Assembly (NCBI GenBank): GCA_963764715.1 | Contig: CAVXTP010000006.1 | Span: forward strand, 1 to 64,000 | Source of the DNA: an uncultured Acidobacteriota bacterium | Lineage (GTDB): Bacteria > Acidobacteriota > Thermoanaerobaculia > UBA5066 > Gp7-AA6 | Direction of reading: 5' to 3' | Length of the DNA stretch: 64,000 bases | Shown: positions 33,837-45,209 of the stretch, piece by piece | Numbering within the stretch: position 1 is the stretch's first letter | Layout: every line of letters starts with the position of its first letter | Made by a program: the position numbers and the translations under genes | The notes under the pieces: model-generated | What the model saw: only the letters and a program-made list of their open reading frames with translations | What the model was told of the DNA's origin: nothing | The model's database searches: none

Positions 33837-35259
33837 CCGGAAAGCCGGCGCCCGCCTCGAACGCCCGCGCCGCGGCGAACATCGTCTCTTCTCCGAAGCG
33901 CGGCCCGAGAACCTGGACTCCGAGCGGGAGGCCTCCTCGCGTCAGGCCGGACGGAATCGAGATCGCCGGCAGGCCCGCGAGCGACGCCGGGACGGTGAAG
34001 ACGTCCGAGAGGTACATCGTCAGCGGGTCGTCCGTCTTCTCGCCGATCTTGAAGGCCGGCCCCGGAATCGAGGGACAGACGATGACGTCGACGGCGGCGA
34101 AGGCGCGGGTGAAGTCGTCCAAGAGGAGCTGGCGTGCCCGCGTCGCGAGCCCGTAGTACGCCTCGTAGTAGCCGGAGGCGAGCGCGAAGGTCCCGAGCAG
34201 GATCCGGCGCTTGACTTCGGCCCCGAAGCCCGAAGTGCGACTCGTGACGTAGACCGACAGCAGGTCGGTGTCGGAGGGCCGCGGCCCGTAGCGGACGCCG
34301 TCGAAGCGCGCCAGGTTGGAGGACGCTTCGGCGCTGGCGATGACGTAGTAGATCGCGATCGCCGCCGGGGCCCGCGGCACCGAGACGGGCAGGACCTCGG
34401 CGCCGGCCTCGCGGAAGATCCGTCGCGCCTCTTCCAGGTTCGCCGCGACTTCCGGGTCGAGACCTCCGTCCTCGGCCTCCTCGAGGAAGCCGACCCGCAG
34501 GCCCTCGACACCCCGTCCGAGCGCGGCCTCGGGCGACCCGACCGGCACGTCCGCCGTGGTCGAGTCGAGCGGGTCCGCTCCCGCGACGACCCCGTACAGG
34601 CGGGCGGCGTCGGCGACGCTCCGCGTCAGCGGACCGATCTGGTCGAGGGACGAGGCGAACGCCACGAGGCCGTATCGCGACACGCGGCCGTAGGTCGGCT
34701 TGAACCCGACGACGCCGCAGCACGCCGCGGGCTGCCGGATCGACCCCCCGGTGTCGGAACCGAAGCCGGCCGGAACGAAACGCGCCGCGACGGCCGCCGC
34801 GCTGCCCCCGGACGACCCGCCCGGGATTCGGGTGGTGTCCCAGGGGTTGCGGGTCACGTGAAACGAGCTGTTCTCGGTCGAGGAGCCCATGGCGAACTCG
34901 TCCATGTTGGCGCGGCCGATGAATACGGCGCCCGCCTGGCGCAGGCGCGCCGCGACCGTCGAGTCGCACGGCGGCCGGAATCCGTCCAGGATCCGCGAAG
35001 CGCAGGCCGTGCGCCGGCCCGCGACCCAGATGTTGTCCTTCATGGCGAGCGGCACGCCCGCGAGCGGGAGCGACTCCCCGGCGGAGACCCGGCGGTCGAC
35101 CGCCTCGGCCTCCTGCAGGGCCAGGTCCCCGGTCACCTCCAGGAAGGCGCGCAGGCGGACGTCCCCCTCCCGGATCGACTCGAGCGACTCGCGGACGACC
35201 TCCACGGCCGACCGGCGCCGCGCGCCCACGTCGACCGCGGTTTCGATGACGCCGGCCAT
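33811..35259 (-). CDS. gatA: Asp/Glu-tRNA amidotransferase subunit A
   Basis: [50 protein letters not shown]. Confidence 0.96.
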   Translation of the reverse strand: MAGVIETAVDVGARRRSAVEVVRESLESIREGDVRLRAFLEVTGDLALQEAEAVDRRVSAGESLPLAGVPLAMKDNIWVAGRRTACASRILDGFRPPCDSTVAARLRQAGAVFIGRANMDEFAMGSSTENSSFHVTRNPWDTTRIPGGSSGGSAAAVAARFVPAGFGSDTGGSIRQPAACCGVVGFKPTYGRVSRYGLVAFASSLDQIGPLTRSVADAARLYGVVAGADPLDSTTADVPVGSPEAALGRGVEGLRVGFLEEAEDGGLDPEVAANLEEARRIFREAGAEVLPVSVPRAPAAIAIYYVIASAEASSNLARFDGVRYGPRPSDTDLLSVYVTSRTSGFGAEVKRRILLGTFALASGYYEAYYGLATRARQLLLDDFTRAFAAVDVIVCPSIPGPAFKIGEKTDDPLTMYLSDVFTVPASLAGLPAISIPSGLTRGGLPLGVQVLGPRFGEETMFAAARAFEAGAGFPDALAPVSD

Positions 35260-35261
35260 GC

Positions 35262-35567
35262 TCAGCTTCCCGAGCCGACGACGCGGGGCACGACCCCGTA
35301 GCCGTGGACCTGCCGGGGAGCGTTGGCAGCGAGAGCCTCGGCGCCGTGGCCGTCCCGCGGCGCGTCGTCGCGGACGGGAGTGGCGGGGGCGCCGGCCGGG
35401 ACCGCGAAGGCCTCCTCCGGAATCTGCCGAAGCTGTTCGATGTGCCCGATGACACGCGAGATCTGGCCCGTCCAGAGGGGCAGGTCCGACTCGGGCAGGC
35501 GCAGGCGCGCGAGCTCGGCCACTTTGCGCACGACCTCGGGAGTGACAACCGCGGAGGAGGATGACAT
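35262..35567 (-). CDS. gatC: Asp/Glu-tRNA amidotransferase subunit C
   Basis: VRKVAELARL, ANAP..YGVVPRVV; directly upstream of gatA. Confidence 0.9.
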   Translation of the reverse strand: MSSSSAVVTPEVVRKVAELARLRLPESDLPLWTGQISRVIGHIEQLRQIPEEAFAVPAGAPATPVRDDAPRDGHGAEALAANAPRQVHGYGVVPRVVGSGS

Positions 35568-35589
35568 CCTGAAAATTGTACCAGCCCGT

Positions 35590-36858
35590 ATGTCCGAGCA
35601 CCCCCGGCACCGCCGCTCCCCCGGCCTCGCGCGCCTGCTCCGGCGCCGCGAGGTGCGGGCCTTCGCACGCGTCGCGCGGCGGCAGGGCGCCGACGCGTGG
35701 CTCGTCGGCGGCGCGGTGCGCGATGCGTGGCTCGGACTTCCGGTCCCGGAGGTCGACGCCGCGATCGCGCGCGACGCCGAAGCCGCAGCCCGCGCCCTCG
35801 AGGCGGAAGGCGCCGGCCGCGCTGTCTTTCTGTCCCGGGATCGACCCGGGCCCCGCGTCTATCGCGTGGCGGGCCGCCGGCCCCTCGACATCGCGGAGGT
35901 CGAGGGAGCTTCGATCGAAGCGGACCTCGCGCGGCGCGACTTCACCGTCAACGCCCTCGCCCTCCCGGTCGACGGGGGACCGGGCGACGTCCTCGACCCG
36001 TTCGGAGGGCTCGGCGACCTTGCGAAGAAGCGTCTGCGTCCAGTGCGCCGGGAGAACATCCTCGACGATCCGCTCCGGGCTCTGCGCGCGGCCCGTTTTC
36101 TCGCGACCCACGGCCTCGACCCCGACCGCGCGACACTCGCCGCCGCCCGGGCCGCCGCGTCGGGCCTCGAGCGCGTCGCCGCCGAACGGATCGCGGGCGA
36201 GCTCGCGCGGATCCTCGGCAGCCCGCGCGCGGCCCCGGCCCTGGGCTGGGCGGCGAAAGCCGGTCTCCTGACGGCGACCCTCGGACTTCCCCTGTCCCCC
36301 GGGCGCGCCCGGGCCCTCGCCCGCGCCCTCGCCGCGCTCGACGACGCCGGGACGCGCCGCCTTCCCGAGCCTCGCCGGCGGCGCCTGCGACTGGCCGCCC
36401 TGGCTCTCGCGCTCGGCCTTTCGGGGCGCGGAGCCTTCGGCTGGCTTTCCCGGCGAAGGCTGCCGCGGCGGGAGGCGGACGACGCGGCGCGCATGACGTC
36501 ACTGGTCGAAGGGGCGGCGTCGATCCGGCCGGGCGACCGAAAGGGGGCCTGGCGCTGGGTGCTCGAGGCGGGGCCGCTCGCCCACGACGCCGCGCGCCTG
36601 CTGTCGCGCCGGGGCGAGACCCGGCTCGCCGCGCGGCTCGCCCGCCTCGCGCGTCGCAAGCCCCGCCGCGTCGACGTCGGCGGCGACGACGTGCTGCGGT
36701 GGCTCGGGATCCCCGCGGGCCCGGCGGTCGGCGCCCTGCTCCGGGAGCTCGCCGTGGCGGCCGCGTGCGGCCAGGTGCAGACGCGGCGTGAGGCCCGGGA
36801 CTGGCTGTCCGTACAGGTTCGGGAAGGCCTCGCACCGGCTATAATCTCGGAACATTGA
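35590..36858 (+). CDS. tRNA nucleotidyltransferase / poly(A) polymerase family protein
   Basis: LVGGAVRD, DLARRDFTVNA, DPFGGLGDL, DDPLRALRAARF, ERIAGEL. Confidence 0.88.
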   Translation: MSEHPRHRRSPGLARLLRRREVRAFARVARRQGADAWLVGGAVRDAWLGLPVPEVDAAIARDAEAAARALEAEGAGRAVFLSRDRPGPRVYRVAGRRPLDIAEVEGASIEADLARRDFTVNALALPVDGGPGDVLDPFGGLGDLAKKRLRPVRRENILDDPLRALRAARFLATHGLDPDRATLAAARAAASGLERVAAERIAGELARILGSPRAAPALGWAAKAGLLTATLGLPLSPGRARALARALAALDDAGTRRLPEPRRRRLRLAALALALGLSGRGAFGWLSRRRLPRREADDAARMTSLVEGAASIRPGDRKGAWRWVLEAGPLAHDAARLLSRRGETRLAARLARLARRKPRRVDVGGDDVLRWLGIPAGPAVGALLRELAVAAACGQVQTRREARDWLSVQVREGLAPAIISEH

Positions 36859-38303
36859 CCCTCGCTGAATTGCTCAAGTTCATGGCCAAGAAGGAGGCTT
36901 CCGACCTCCACTTGAAGCCAATGCGGCCCCCCTTGCTCCGGATCAAGGGACGACTGATCCCCTTGAATGCAGACGCCTTGCAGCCCAAGGACCTCGAGGA
37001 GATGCTGCTGGGCATCCTGACCCCCGCCCAGAAGGAGCGCCTGGAACGCACTCAGTCGGTCGACGTCGGCTACGGCCTGACCGGGGTCGCCCGCTTCCGG
37101 TGCAACATCTTCGTCCAGCGAGGCTCGTTCGCGGCCGTCTTCCGGCGGATCCCCTTCAAGCTGCCCTCGATCGCGGAGCTGAACCTTCCCGAGGTCCTCG
37201 AGAGCTTCGTCCACCTGCCCAAGGGGCTCGTGCTCGTCACCGGGCCGACGGGGTCGGGCAAGTCCACGACGCTCGCCGGCATCATGCGCTCGATCATCGA
37301 GAAGCGGCCGGTCCACATCGTCACGATCGAGGACCCGATCGAGTTCCTGTTCGCCGACGGCAAGGCCGCTGTCTCCCAGCGCGAGGTCTCCACCGACTCG
37401 CCCAGCTTCAACGAGGCCCTGAAGAACATGTTCCGGCAGGACCCGGACGTGATCATGGTCGGCGAGATGCGCGACTGGAATACGATGCAGACGGCGATCA
37501 CGGCGGCCGAGACCGGCCACCTCGTGTTCTCGACCCTCCACACCAACAGCGCGGCGCAGTCGATCGACCGCATCATCGACTCCTGCCCCCAGGAACAGCA
37601 GGCCCAGGTCCGTTCCCAGCTCTCGATCGTCCTGCGCGCGATCGTCTCCATGAACCTCATCGAGACCTCGGACGGCTCCGGCCGCTGCGCCGTGGTCGAG
37701 GTCATGATCAACTCGCCCAAGATCGAAAAGCACATCCTGAACGGCGAGGTCAAGGAGATCCACGAGGAGATCGAGAACTCCGTCAACTACTACAAGATGC
37801 AGTCGATGAACCAGTGCCTGATCGCGCTGCTCGTCAACAAGCGGATCACGTATGCGAAGGCCATGGAGCTCTCGACCGACCCCGAAGACCTTTCCCTCAA
37901 GCTCCGCAAGCTCTTCCCCCAGATCGAGGAAAACCAGCGAGGTGGCCTGATGGCGTCCGACAACGACTTTTCCCAGATCACCCAGTTGATCGAGATCAAG
38001 CGTCTCTACGAGGAGCAGGAGGAGAAGTGGAAGCTCCGGCTCACCGAGAAGGACGAGGAGCTCAACAAGTACATGGTCGAGCTGCGCGACCAGCGCCGCG
38101 TCATCGAGGGGCGCGACTCCGTCCTGAACGACGCCGAGACCGAGAACACCCGGTTGAAGTCCGACGCCGAGCGCATCTCCCGCGAGTTCCAGCAGAAGAT
38201 CGCGCAGCTGAACGAACGCATCAAGGAGCTCAACCAGCGCCTCGTCCTCGCCGAAGGCGGCCCGAAGGCCGCGGCGGGCCAGGGCGGCTTCTTCAAGAAG
38301 TAG
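36855..38303 (+). CDS. PilT/PilU family type IV pilus ATPase with C-terminal coiled-coil extension
   Basis: ASDLHL, GPTGSGKSTT, TIEDPIE, RQDPDVIMVGEMRD, AETGHLVFSTLHTN. Confidence 0.92.
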   Translation: MTLAELLKFMAKKEASDLHLKPMRPPLLRIKGRLIPLNADALQPKDLEEMLLGILTPAQKERLERTQSVDVGYGLTGVARFRCNIFVQRGSFAAVFRRIPFKLPSIAELNLPEVLESFVHLPKGLVLVTGPTGSGKSTTLAGIMRSIIEKRPVHIVTIEDPIEFLFADGKAAVSQREVSTDSPSFNEALKNMFRQDPDVIMVGEMRDWNTMQTAITAAETGHLVFSTLHTNSAAQSIDRIIDSCPQEQQAQVRSQLSIVLRAIVSMNLIETSDGSGRCAVVEVMINSPKIEKHILNGEVKEIHEEIENSVNYYKMQSMNQCLIALLVNKRITYAKAMELSTDPEDLSLKLRKLFPQIEENQRGGLMASDNDFSQITQLIEIKRLYEEQEEKWKLRLTEKDEELNKYMVELRDQRRVIEGRDSVLNDAETENTRLKSDAERISREFQQKIAQLNERIKELNQRLVLAEGGPKAAAGQGGFFKK

Positions 38304-38682
38304 CCGGGCCGCCCCTTCCCGCAAAGCGCGAGGCGGCCAGGGCGCCCAGGAAGCCCGCCAGGGCGTCCACGAGGGCGTCTCCCGCCTCCATCGACCGCCC
38401 CGGGATGAACGCCTGGTGGATCTCGTCGAGCGTTCCCCAGGCGGCGAGCACGCCCCCGACGGCGAGCGCCCGGCGCCAGGCGAACCGCCCCGCCGGTCCC
38501 CGCCAGACGATGGCGAAATAGAGCAGGAAGCCCTCGACGCCGTAGAGGAACCCGTGCACGAGTTTGTCGAAGTTCGGGATCGATGAGACGACCGGCACCT
38601 CGGGCGGGGACGGCCAGGAGGTCAGGGCGAGGAGGAAGAGCCCCCAGACGATCGCCGCGGTGCGGGCCCGCTGGACCGTCAT
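38293..38682 (-). CDS. VanZ family membrane protein
   Basis: DKLVHGFLY, DEIHQAFIPGR, DALVD. Confidence 0.85.
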   Translation of the reverse strand: MTVQRARTAAIVWGLFLLALTSWPSPPEVPVVSSIPNFDKLVHGFLYGVEGFLLYFAIVWRGPAGRFAWRRALAVGGVLAAWGTLDEIHQAFIPGRSMEAGDALVDALAGFLGALAASRFAGRGGPATS

Positions 38683-38744
38683 CAGCCAAAGGAAAAGGGC
38701 GCCGCGCAGGCGCGACGCCCTCGAAGCGGAAGGTCCTCGAATCG

Positions 38745-39344
38745 CTAGGCCCCGCGCTTGGACGGACCCGTCCGCGACGGGCCCTTCTTCGGCGCGGGCT
38801 TGGCGGCCGGCTTGACCCGCTCGGCCTTCGGCGCCGCCGCCTTGCGCGGCGGCTTCTGGCCCTGGGCCTCCTCCCCGCCCTCGCCTTCGGTCTTCTGCTT
38901 GCGGACCGTCTCGACGCGCCCGCCGGCGGCCCGGCGCGCCCGGTCCGAAAGGGACTCCTTCTTCGGGCCCCGCTCCTTCGGCTCGAACTTGAAGTCGACG
39001 AACTCGAGGATGGCGGCCTCGGCGGCGTCGCCCTTGCGCGACCCGAGCCTGAGGATGCGCGTGTAGCCGCCCGGGCGATCGACGAAGCGCGGCGCGATCG
39101 CCTCGAAGAGCTTCTTGACCGTGGTGCGGTCCGGAATCCAGCGGGCGACGTGGCGGCGCGCCGCCACCCCGTCGTTCTTGGCCCGGGTCACGAGGCGCTC
39201 GGCGATCGGCCGGAGCTCCTTGGCCTTGGTCAGCGTGGTCTCGATCCGCTCGTGCGTCACGAGGGACGCGAGCTGATTCGAGAACATCGCCAGCCGGTGG
39301 GACGTCGTGCGGCGGAGCTTGCGCCCCGCGCGGTTGTGCTGCAT
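38745..39344 (-). CDS. rplQ: 50S ribosomal protein L17 with basic C-terminal tail
   Basis: GRKLRRTTSHR, IETTLTKAKELR, RPGGYTRI. Confidence 0.96.
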   Translation of the reverse strand: MQHNRAGRKLRRTTSHRLAMFSNQLASLVTHERIETTLTKAKELRPIAERLVTRAKNDGVAARRHVARWIPDRTTVKKLFEAIAPRFVDRPGGYTRILRLGSRKGDAAEAAILEFVDFKFEPKERGPKKESLSDRARRAAGGRVETVRKQKTEGEGGEEAQGQKPPRKAAAPKAERVKPAAKPAPKKGPSRTGPSKRGA

Positions 39345-39471
39345 GTCTATTGTCCTATCACAAAAGTCCGGATATCAATCTCGAGGCCGAAATGCCGCTC
39401 AGGTTCTCTCGTACCCGAGTCCCGACGCGGATGAGTCGACCTGGAGCGCCTCATGATCCGGCCACCAAACA

Positions 39472-40455
39472 CTACTCGCTCTTGGCTTCGACCGGCTCGA
39501 GCTCCATCCCGAGGGACAGGCCCATGGGCCGGAGGATGTCTTTGATCTCGTTCAGGGACTTGCGCCCGAAGTTCTTGGTCTCGAGCATGTCCTTCTCGGT
39601 CCGCTGGACGAGGTCGCGGATCGTCCGGATGCCCGCGTTCTTGAGGCAGTTCGCGCTCCGGACCGAAAGCTCCAGCTCGTCGACCGACTTGTTGAGGTAC
39701 TCGGCCAGGTTCTCCGGCAGCTCGCCCTCGCCGGCGCCCTCGAGCGCCGTCTCGTGGTCGGCGTTGACGAAGATCGTCAGGTGATCGCGGAGCAGCGTCG
39801 ACGCCAGGCCGACCGCGTCCGTCGGGGAGATCGTGCCGTTGGTCCAGACCTCGAGGACGAGGCGGTCGTAGTCGGTGGCCTGCCCGATGCGGGCCGCCTC
39901 GACGTGATAGTTCACGCGGCGGACCGGCGAGTGGACCGAGTCGATCGGGATGTAGCCGATGCCCATGTCGTCGTCGAAGTTCTTGTCGGCCGACGACGTA
40001 GCCGCGGCCGCGTCGAGACCCGGAGCTCCAGCTCGCAGGCGGCCGTTCTCCGACAGCGTCGCGATCGGCGCATCCGGCTCGAGGATCTCGATCGCCGAGT
40101 CGTCCTGGAGGTCGGCGGCCGTGACCTTGCCCTTGCGCTCGACGTCGATCGTGAGGATCTTCTCCTCGGTGGTGTGCATCTTGATGGGGATCTGCTTGAG
40201 GTTGAGGATGATGTCGGTGATGTCCTCGACGACTCCCGGCAGCGACGAGAACTCGTGCAGCACGCCCTCGATCTTGACGGCCGTGATCGCCGCTCCCTCG
40301 ATCGAGGACAGCAGCACGCGGCGCAGGGCGTTGCCGATCGTCGTGCCGAAGCCCCGCTCGAACGGCTGGGCGTAGAACTTTCCGTAGGTCGACGTCAGCG
40401 TCTCGGTGTCGATCTCGAGCCGCTTGGGCTTCTGAAAATCTTTCCAAAGCGTCAT
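39472..40455 (-). CDS. rpoA: RNA polymerase alpha subunit (local compensating frameshifts about 39995-40040)
   Basis: [43 protein letters not shown]. Confidence 0.96.
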   Translation of the reverse strand: MTLWKDFQKPKRLEIDTETLTSTYGKFYAQPFERGFGTTIGNALRRVLLSSIEGAAITAVKIEGVLHEFSSLPGVVEDITDIILNLKQIPIKMHTTEEKILTIDVERKGKVTAADLQDDSAIEILEPDAPIATLSENGRLRAGAPGLDAAAATSSADKNFDDDMGIGYIPIDSVHSPVRRVNYHVEAARIGQATDYDRLVLEVWTNGTISPTDAVGLASTLLRDHLTIFVNADHETALEGAGEGELPENLAEYLNKSVDELELSVRSANCLKNAGIRTIRDLVQRTEKDMLETKNFGRKSLNEIKDILRPMGLSLGMELEPVEAKSE

Positions 40456-40484
40456 GGAGACGTGCCGCTCGCTCACTGAGGAAC

Positions 40485-41113
40485 TTACTTCGAGTACAGC
40501 TCGACGATCAGCTGCTCCTGAATCGGCAGCTTGATGTCTTCGCGCTTCGGCAGACTCCACGACCCGTCCGGAGAACGCCTCCGGCGTCAGGTCGAGCCAC
40601 GACGGGACGCCGCGGCCGCGGGCCGTCTCGACCGAGGACTTGATCTGCTCGTTGGTGCGGCTCTTCTCCTTGATGGCGATGACCTGACCCTTGCCCACGC
40701 GGATAGGACGGGATCGAGACCTTCCGTCCGTCGACCGTGACGTGCCCGTGGCGGACGAGCTGCCGCGCCTGGGCGCGCGAGGCCGCGAAGCCCAGCGCGA
40801 ACGTCACGTTGTCGAGACGGCGCTCGAGCTCCTCGAGCAGGTTGGCGCCGGTGATGCCCTTGCGCCGCTCGGCGCGCACGAACGCCAGGCGGAACTGGCT
40901 CTCGAGGAGACCGTAGATCCGCTTGACCTTCTGCTTTTCCCGGAGCTGGATGCCGTAGCCCAGGAGCTTCGAACGCCTCCGGCCGTGCTGGCCGGGCGGA
41001 TAGTTGCGCCGCTCGATGGCGCACTTGTCCTTGAAACAGCGGTCCCCCTTGAGGAACAGCTTCATGCCTTCTCGCCGGCACAGCCGGCAGACCGACTCGC
41101 TATAACGGGCCAA
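40485..41113 (-). CDS. rpsD: 30S ribosomal protein S4 (frameshifted)
   Basis: [35 protein letters not shown]; ends [10 protein letters not shown]. Confidence 0.95.
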
Positions 41114-41244
41114 ACCCTTTACCTCCTCGACCCCATTCCTCGCTTTACGTCCTTCTTCCCGACCGGGACCGAAGCGTCGGTTTACGGACGAGCCGTCGGC
41201 GAAGGGCCGGCGGCTATCGTCAACAAACCCCTATTCCCTACGCG

Positions 41245-41686
41245 CTAGACCCGCCGCCGCTTGCGCGGCCGGCAGCCGTTGTGGGGAATCGGGGTCGTGT
41301 CCTTGATGGACTTGATGTCGATGCCGTTGGCCTGGAGCGCCCGGATGGCCGACTCGCGGCCGGCGCCCGGCCCCGTCGACGCGCACGTCGACCGAGCGCA
41401 CGCCGTGCTCCTTGGCGTGCTCGGCGCAGTTGGCCGCCGCGAGCTGGGCGGCGAACGGCGTGCCCTTGCGCGAGCCCTTGAACCCGATGCGCCCGGCCGA
41501 CGACCAGCCGAGCACGTTGCCCTCGGCGTCCGCGATCGAGACGATCGTGTTGTTGAACGACGCGTTGACCGTCGCCATCCCGTGCGGGATGTTCTTCTTT
41601 TCCTTCTTCCCGGTGCGGGCGCGCTTGCCCTTGGCGGGCTTGGCGCCCTTCTCGGGGACGGCGGATGCGGGTGTCGGTTCAGCCAT
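41245..41686 (-). CDS. rpsK: 30S ribosomal protein S11 (frameshift near 41375)
   Basis: [31 protein letters not shown]. Confidence 0.95.
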
Positions 41687-41702
41687 GTCTTCCTCTTACT
41701 TC

Positions 41703-42086
41703 CTACTTCTTCGTCGCCTTCTTCTTGCCGGCGATCGTCTGCTTGCGCGGTCCCTTCCGGGTCCGGGCGTTCGTGTGGGTCCGCTGCCCGCGGACGGGGA
41801 GGTTGCGCCGGTGGCGCGTGCCCCGGTAGCAGCCGATGTCCATCAGGCGCTTGATGTCGACCGAGATGTCCCGGCGCAGGTCGCCCTCCACCTTGACGTC
41901 GTCGGTGATGACCTTGCGGATCCGGACGACCTCTTCCTCCGACAGGTCCTTGACCCGCGTGTCGGGCCGCACGTCGGCCTTCTCGAGGATGAAGTTCGCC
42001 TTCGGCCGGCCGATGCCGTAGATGTAGGTCAGCCCGATCTCGACCCGCTTGTTGAGCGGAAGATCGACTCCAGCAATGCGTGCCAT
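41703..42086 (-). CDS. rpsM: 30S ribosomal protein S13
   Basis: [27 protein letters not shown]. Confidence 0.97.
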   Translation of the reverse strand: MARIAGVDLPLNKRVEIGLTYIYGIGRPKANFILEKADVRPDTRVKDLSEEEVVRIRKVITDDVKVEGDLRRDISVDIKRLMDIGCYRGTRHRRNLPVRGQRTHTNARTRKGPRKQTIAGKKKATKK

Positions 42087-42089
42087 GTC

Positions 42090-42203
42090 CTACCCCTGCC
42101 TCTGCTTGTGCTTGGGCGTCGTGCAGATGACCCGGACGACTCCCTTGCGATGCACGATCTTGCACTTGGCGCAAATTTTCTTGACCGACGCTCGTACTTT
42201 CAC
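42090..42203 (-). CDS. rpmJ: 50S ribosomal protein L36
   Basis: Hand translation [37 protein letters not shown]; too short for the ORF track. Confidence 0.95.
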   Translation of the reverse strand: MKVRASVKKICAKCKIVHRKGVVRVICTTPKHKQRQG

Positions 42204-42217
42204 GATGACTCCCTGGC

Positions 42218-42436
42218 TCACTTGTACCGATAGATGATCCGGCCCCGCGCCAGGTCGTAGGGCGAAAGCTCCACGAGCACCTTGTCTCCCGGGAGGATGC
42301 GGATGAAGTTCTTCCGCATCTTGCCCGAGATGTGCGCCAGGACCTGGTGTTTGTTCTCCAGCTCCACCCGAAACATCGCGTTCGGCAGCGGCTCGACGAC
42401 CGTCGCCATGACCTCGATCGCGTCTTCTTTGGCCAT
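42218..42436 (-). CDS. infA: Translation initiation factor IF-1
   Basis: [26 protein letters not shown]. Confidence 0.97.
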   Translation of the reverse strand: MAKEDAIEVMATVVEPLPNAMFRVELENKHQVLAHISGKMRKNFIRILPGDKVLVELSPYDLARGRIIYRYK

Positions 42437-42441
42437 CGTCC

Positions 42442-43224
42442 TTACGCCGAAACCGCCGCCGTCCGCAACGCGGACAGGGCGCCCGTTCCCAGAATCACCG
42501 CTCCCCGGGGGTCGAGGGCGATCGTGTACTCGAAGTGCGCCGACGTCGACTTGTCGCGCGTGCGCACCGTCCACCCGTCGGAGTCGACGGCCACCTCGGC
42601 CCGGCCGAGGTTGAACATGGGCTCGATCGCCAGCACCATCCCGGCCTTCAGCACGCTGCCCCGCCCCGCCGGACCGTAGTTGGGGATCTGGGGCTCCTCG
42701 TGGAGCGCGGTCCCGACCCCGTGGCCCACGAAGTCGCGCACGACGCCGTAGCCGTGGACCAGGGCGACCGCCTCGACGGCGGCCCCGATGTCCGAGACCC
42801 GGCCGCCCGGGCGGGCCGCGGCGATGCCGGCCTGCAGCGCCTCTTTCGTGACCTCGAGCAGCTTCGCCGTCTCCTTCCGGATGCGGCCGACCGGCAGGGT
42901 CCGCGCCGCGTCGCCGTAGTAGCCGCCGAAGACCGCGCCGCAGTCGATCCCGACGACGTCGCCTTCCGCCAGGACCCGCTTTCCGGGGATGCCGTGCACG
43001 ACCTCGTCGTTGATCGAAGTGCAGAGGGTCTTGGGATAACCCCGGTAGCCGACGAAGGCGGGACGGCCGCCGCGCCGGCGGATCTCCGCCTCCGCGATCG
43101 CGTCGAGCTCGTCGGTCGTGACACCCGGGGCCACGGCCTCCTCGACGACGTCGAGCGTCTCGAGGACGATGCGCGAGGCCTCCTCGAGCTTGACGAGCTC
43201 CTCGTGGCTCCGGATCGTGATCAC
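42442..43224 (-). CDS. map: Methionine aminopeptidase type I
   Basis: [39 protein letters not shown]. Confidence 0.95.
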   Translation of the reverse strand: MITIRSHEELVKLEEASRIVLETLDVVEEAVAPGVTTDELDAIAEAEIRRRGGRPAFVGYRGYPKTLCTSINDEVVHGIPGKRVLAEGDVVGIDCGAVFGGYYGDAARTLPVGRIRKETAKLLEVTKEALQAGIAAARPGGRVSDIGAAVEAVALVHGYGVVRDFVGHGVGTALHEEPQIPNYGPAGRGSVLKAGMVLAIEPMFNLGRAEVAVDSDGWTVRTRDKSTSAHFEYTIALDPRGAVILGTGALSALRTAAVSA

Positions 43225-43820
43225 GCCGATCTCCCCGAACCCGAACCGGCCTGCCGCACCGGCGAGAGAGCTTCGTCGATCCGGTGGGCGATCTCGGACA
43301 CCGGTCCGACCCCGTCGACCGAGACGAGGAGGTCGCGGTCGCGGTAGAAGCCGACGAGGGGCTCGGTCTTCTCGCGGTAGACCCGCAGGCGCTCCCGGAT
43401 CGTCTCCGGGCGGTCGTCGGCGCGGCCCTCGGCCTTCGCGCGGGCGAGCATGCGCTCGGTCAGCTGCGCCTCGGGCACGCTGAAGTTGAGGGCCGCCGAG
43501 AGGCCTTCCCCCGTCTTCGCGAGCATCGACTCGAAGGCCCTGGCCTGTTCGAGCGTGCGCGGGAAGCCGTCCAGGATGAAACCGCCGAGGGCGTCGCGCT
43601 CCCCGATCCGCTCGGCGATCAGGGCCAGGATGAGGTCGTCCGAGACGAGTTCGCCCTTTTCCATGACGGCCTGCGCCTGGAGACCGAGGGAGGTCTTCTG
43701 GCGGACGGCCTCGCGGAGGATCTCGCCGGTCGAAATGGCGGGGACGCCCAGCCGCTCCGCGAGGAGCTTGGCCTGGGTGCCCTTGCCGCTGCCCGGGGGT
43801 CCGAGGAAAACGATGCGCAT
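43221..43820 (-). CDS. adk: Adenylate kinase (short LID type)
   Basis: [29 protein letters not shown]. Confidence 0.95.
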   Translation of the reverse strand: MRIVFLGPPGSGKGTQAKLLAERLGVPAISTGEILREAVRQKTSLGLQAQAVMEKGELVSDDLILALIAERIGERDALGGFILDGFPRTLEQARAFESMLAKTGEGLSAALNFSVPEAQLTERMLARAKAEGRADDRPETIRERLRVYREKTEPLVGFYRDRDLLVSVDGVGPVSEIAHRIDEALSPVRQAGSGSGRSA

Positions 43821-45209
43821 CAGCCTCGCCGTCCCCGGATCCGGCTCTTCTTGAGGAAGCCCGTGTAATGGTGCTCGACGAGCTTGGACTCGACCTGCTG
43901 CACCGTGTCCATGGCGACGCCCACGACGATCAAGAGCGACGTGCCGCCGAAGTAGAAGTTGAACCCGAAGCCCTGCGTCAGGAACTTCGGCAAGACGCCG
44001 TCGAGCCAGGGCCCGATGCCCGGGACGCCCTGGATCTTGAGGCCGTTGTTGAGGATGTCCGGCAGCAGGGCCACGAATGCGAGGTACGCGGCGCCTACGA
44101 CCGTGATGCGCGAGAGCACCGCGTCGATGTAGTCCGCGGTCTTCTTGCCCGGGCGGATGCCGGGGATGAAGCCGCCGTACTTGCGCATGTTGTCGGCCGT
44201 GTCGGTCGGGTTGAAGACGATCGACGTGTAGAAGTAGCAGAAGAACAGGATACCCGCGGCGTAGAGCAGGAGGTAGAGCGGGATGCCCCATCGAGAGCGA
44301 CTCGGCAATGCGCTTCATCCAGTCCGCGCCCGAGATCTGGGCGAGGTACGCCGGCAGCTGCAGGATCGAAATCGCGAAGATGATCGGGATGACGCCGCCC
44401 GTGTTGACCCGCAGCGGCAGGTAGGTGTTCTGGCCGCCGTAGACCCGGCGCCCGACGACGCGCTTGGCGTACTGGACGGGGATCCGGCGCTGCGCCCGCT
44501 CGACGAACACGACGAGTCCGACGATCGCGACCATGAAGACGAGGACGACGAGGAGGACCAGGACGCTGATCGTCTGGTTGCGGATCTGCTGGAAGAGCCC
44601 GAAGATGGCCCGCGGCAGGTTCGCCACGATGCCGGCGAAGATGATGAGCGAGATGCCGTTGCCGATCCCCCGCTCGGTGATCTGTTCGCCGAGCCACATG
44701 ATGAAGATCGTGCCGGTCGTCAGCGTCAGGACGGTCATGAGGCGGAAGCCCCAGCCGGAATGCGGCACGAGCGGGGCCCCGCCCGGCGCCGACTGCTTCT
44801 CGAGCCACAGGGCGATGCCGGCCGCCTGGATGAACGACAGCGCCACGGTGCCGTAGCGGGTGTACTGCGTGATCTTCTTGCGGCCCATTTCGCCCTCCTT
44901 CGAGAGCTTCTCGAGGTAGGGCCAGACGACCGTCAGCAGCTGCAGGATGATGGAGCTCGAGATGTACGGCATGATGCCGAGCGCGAAGACGGAGAGCCTC
45001 CGCAGCGCGCCGCCCGAGAACATGTCGAGGAAGCCGAACATCGACCCGGCCGACGCCTTGAAGAAGGCGTTGATCGCCTCGGGATCGACGCCCGGCGTGG
45101 GGATGTGCGCCCCCAGCCGATAGACGGCGAGCACGAGGAACGTGAACAGGATCCGCTTGCGCAGGTCCGGCACGCTGAAGATGTTGGCGAAGCTCTGGAG
45201 AGCGCTCAA
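43820..45209 (-). CDS. secY: Preprotein translocase SecY (frameshift near 44290)
   Basis: [54 protein letters not shown]. Confidence 0.96.

Noticed and set aside
41114-41244. rpsK-rpsD intergenic region as a structured autoregulatory RNA leader
   Set aside because: Short hairpins are present, but I cannot match them to a known S4 leader by eye; it needs a covariance-model search.
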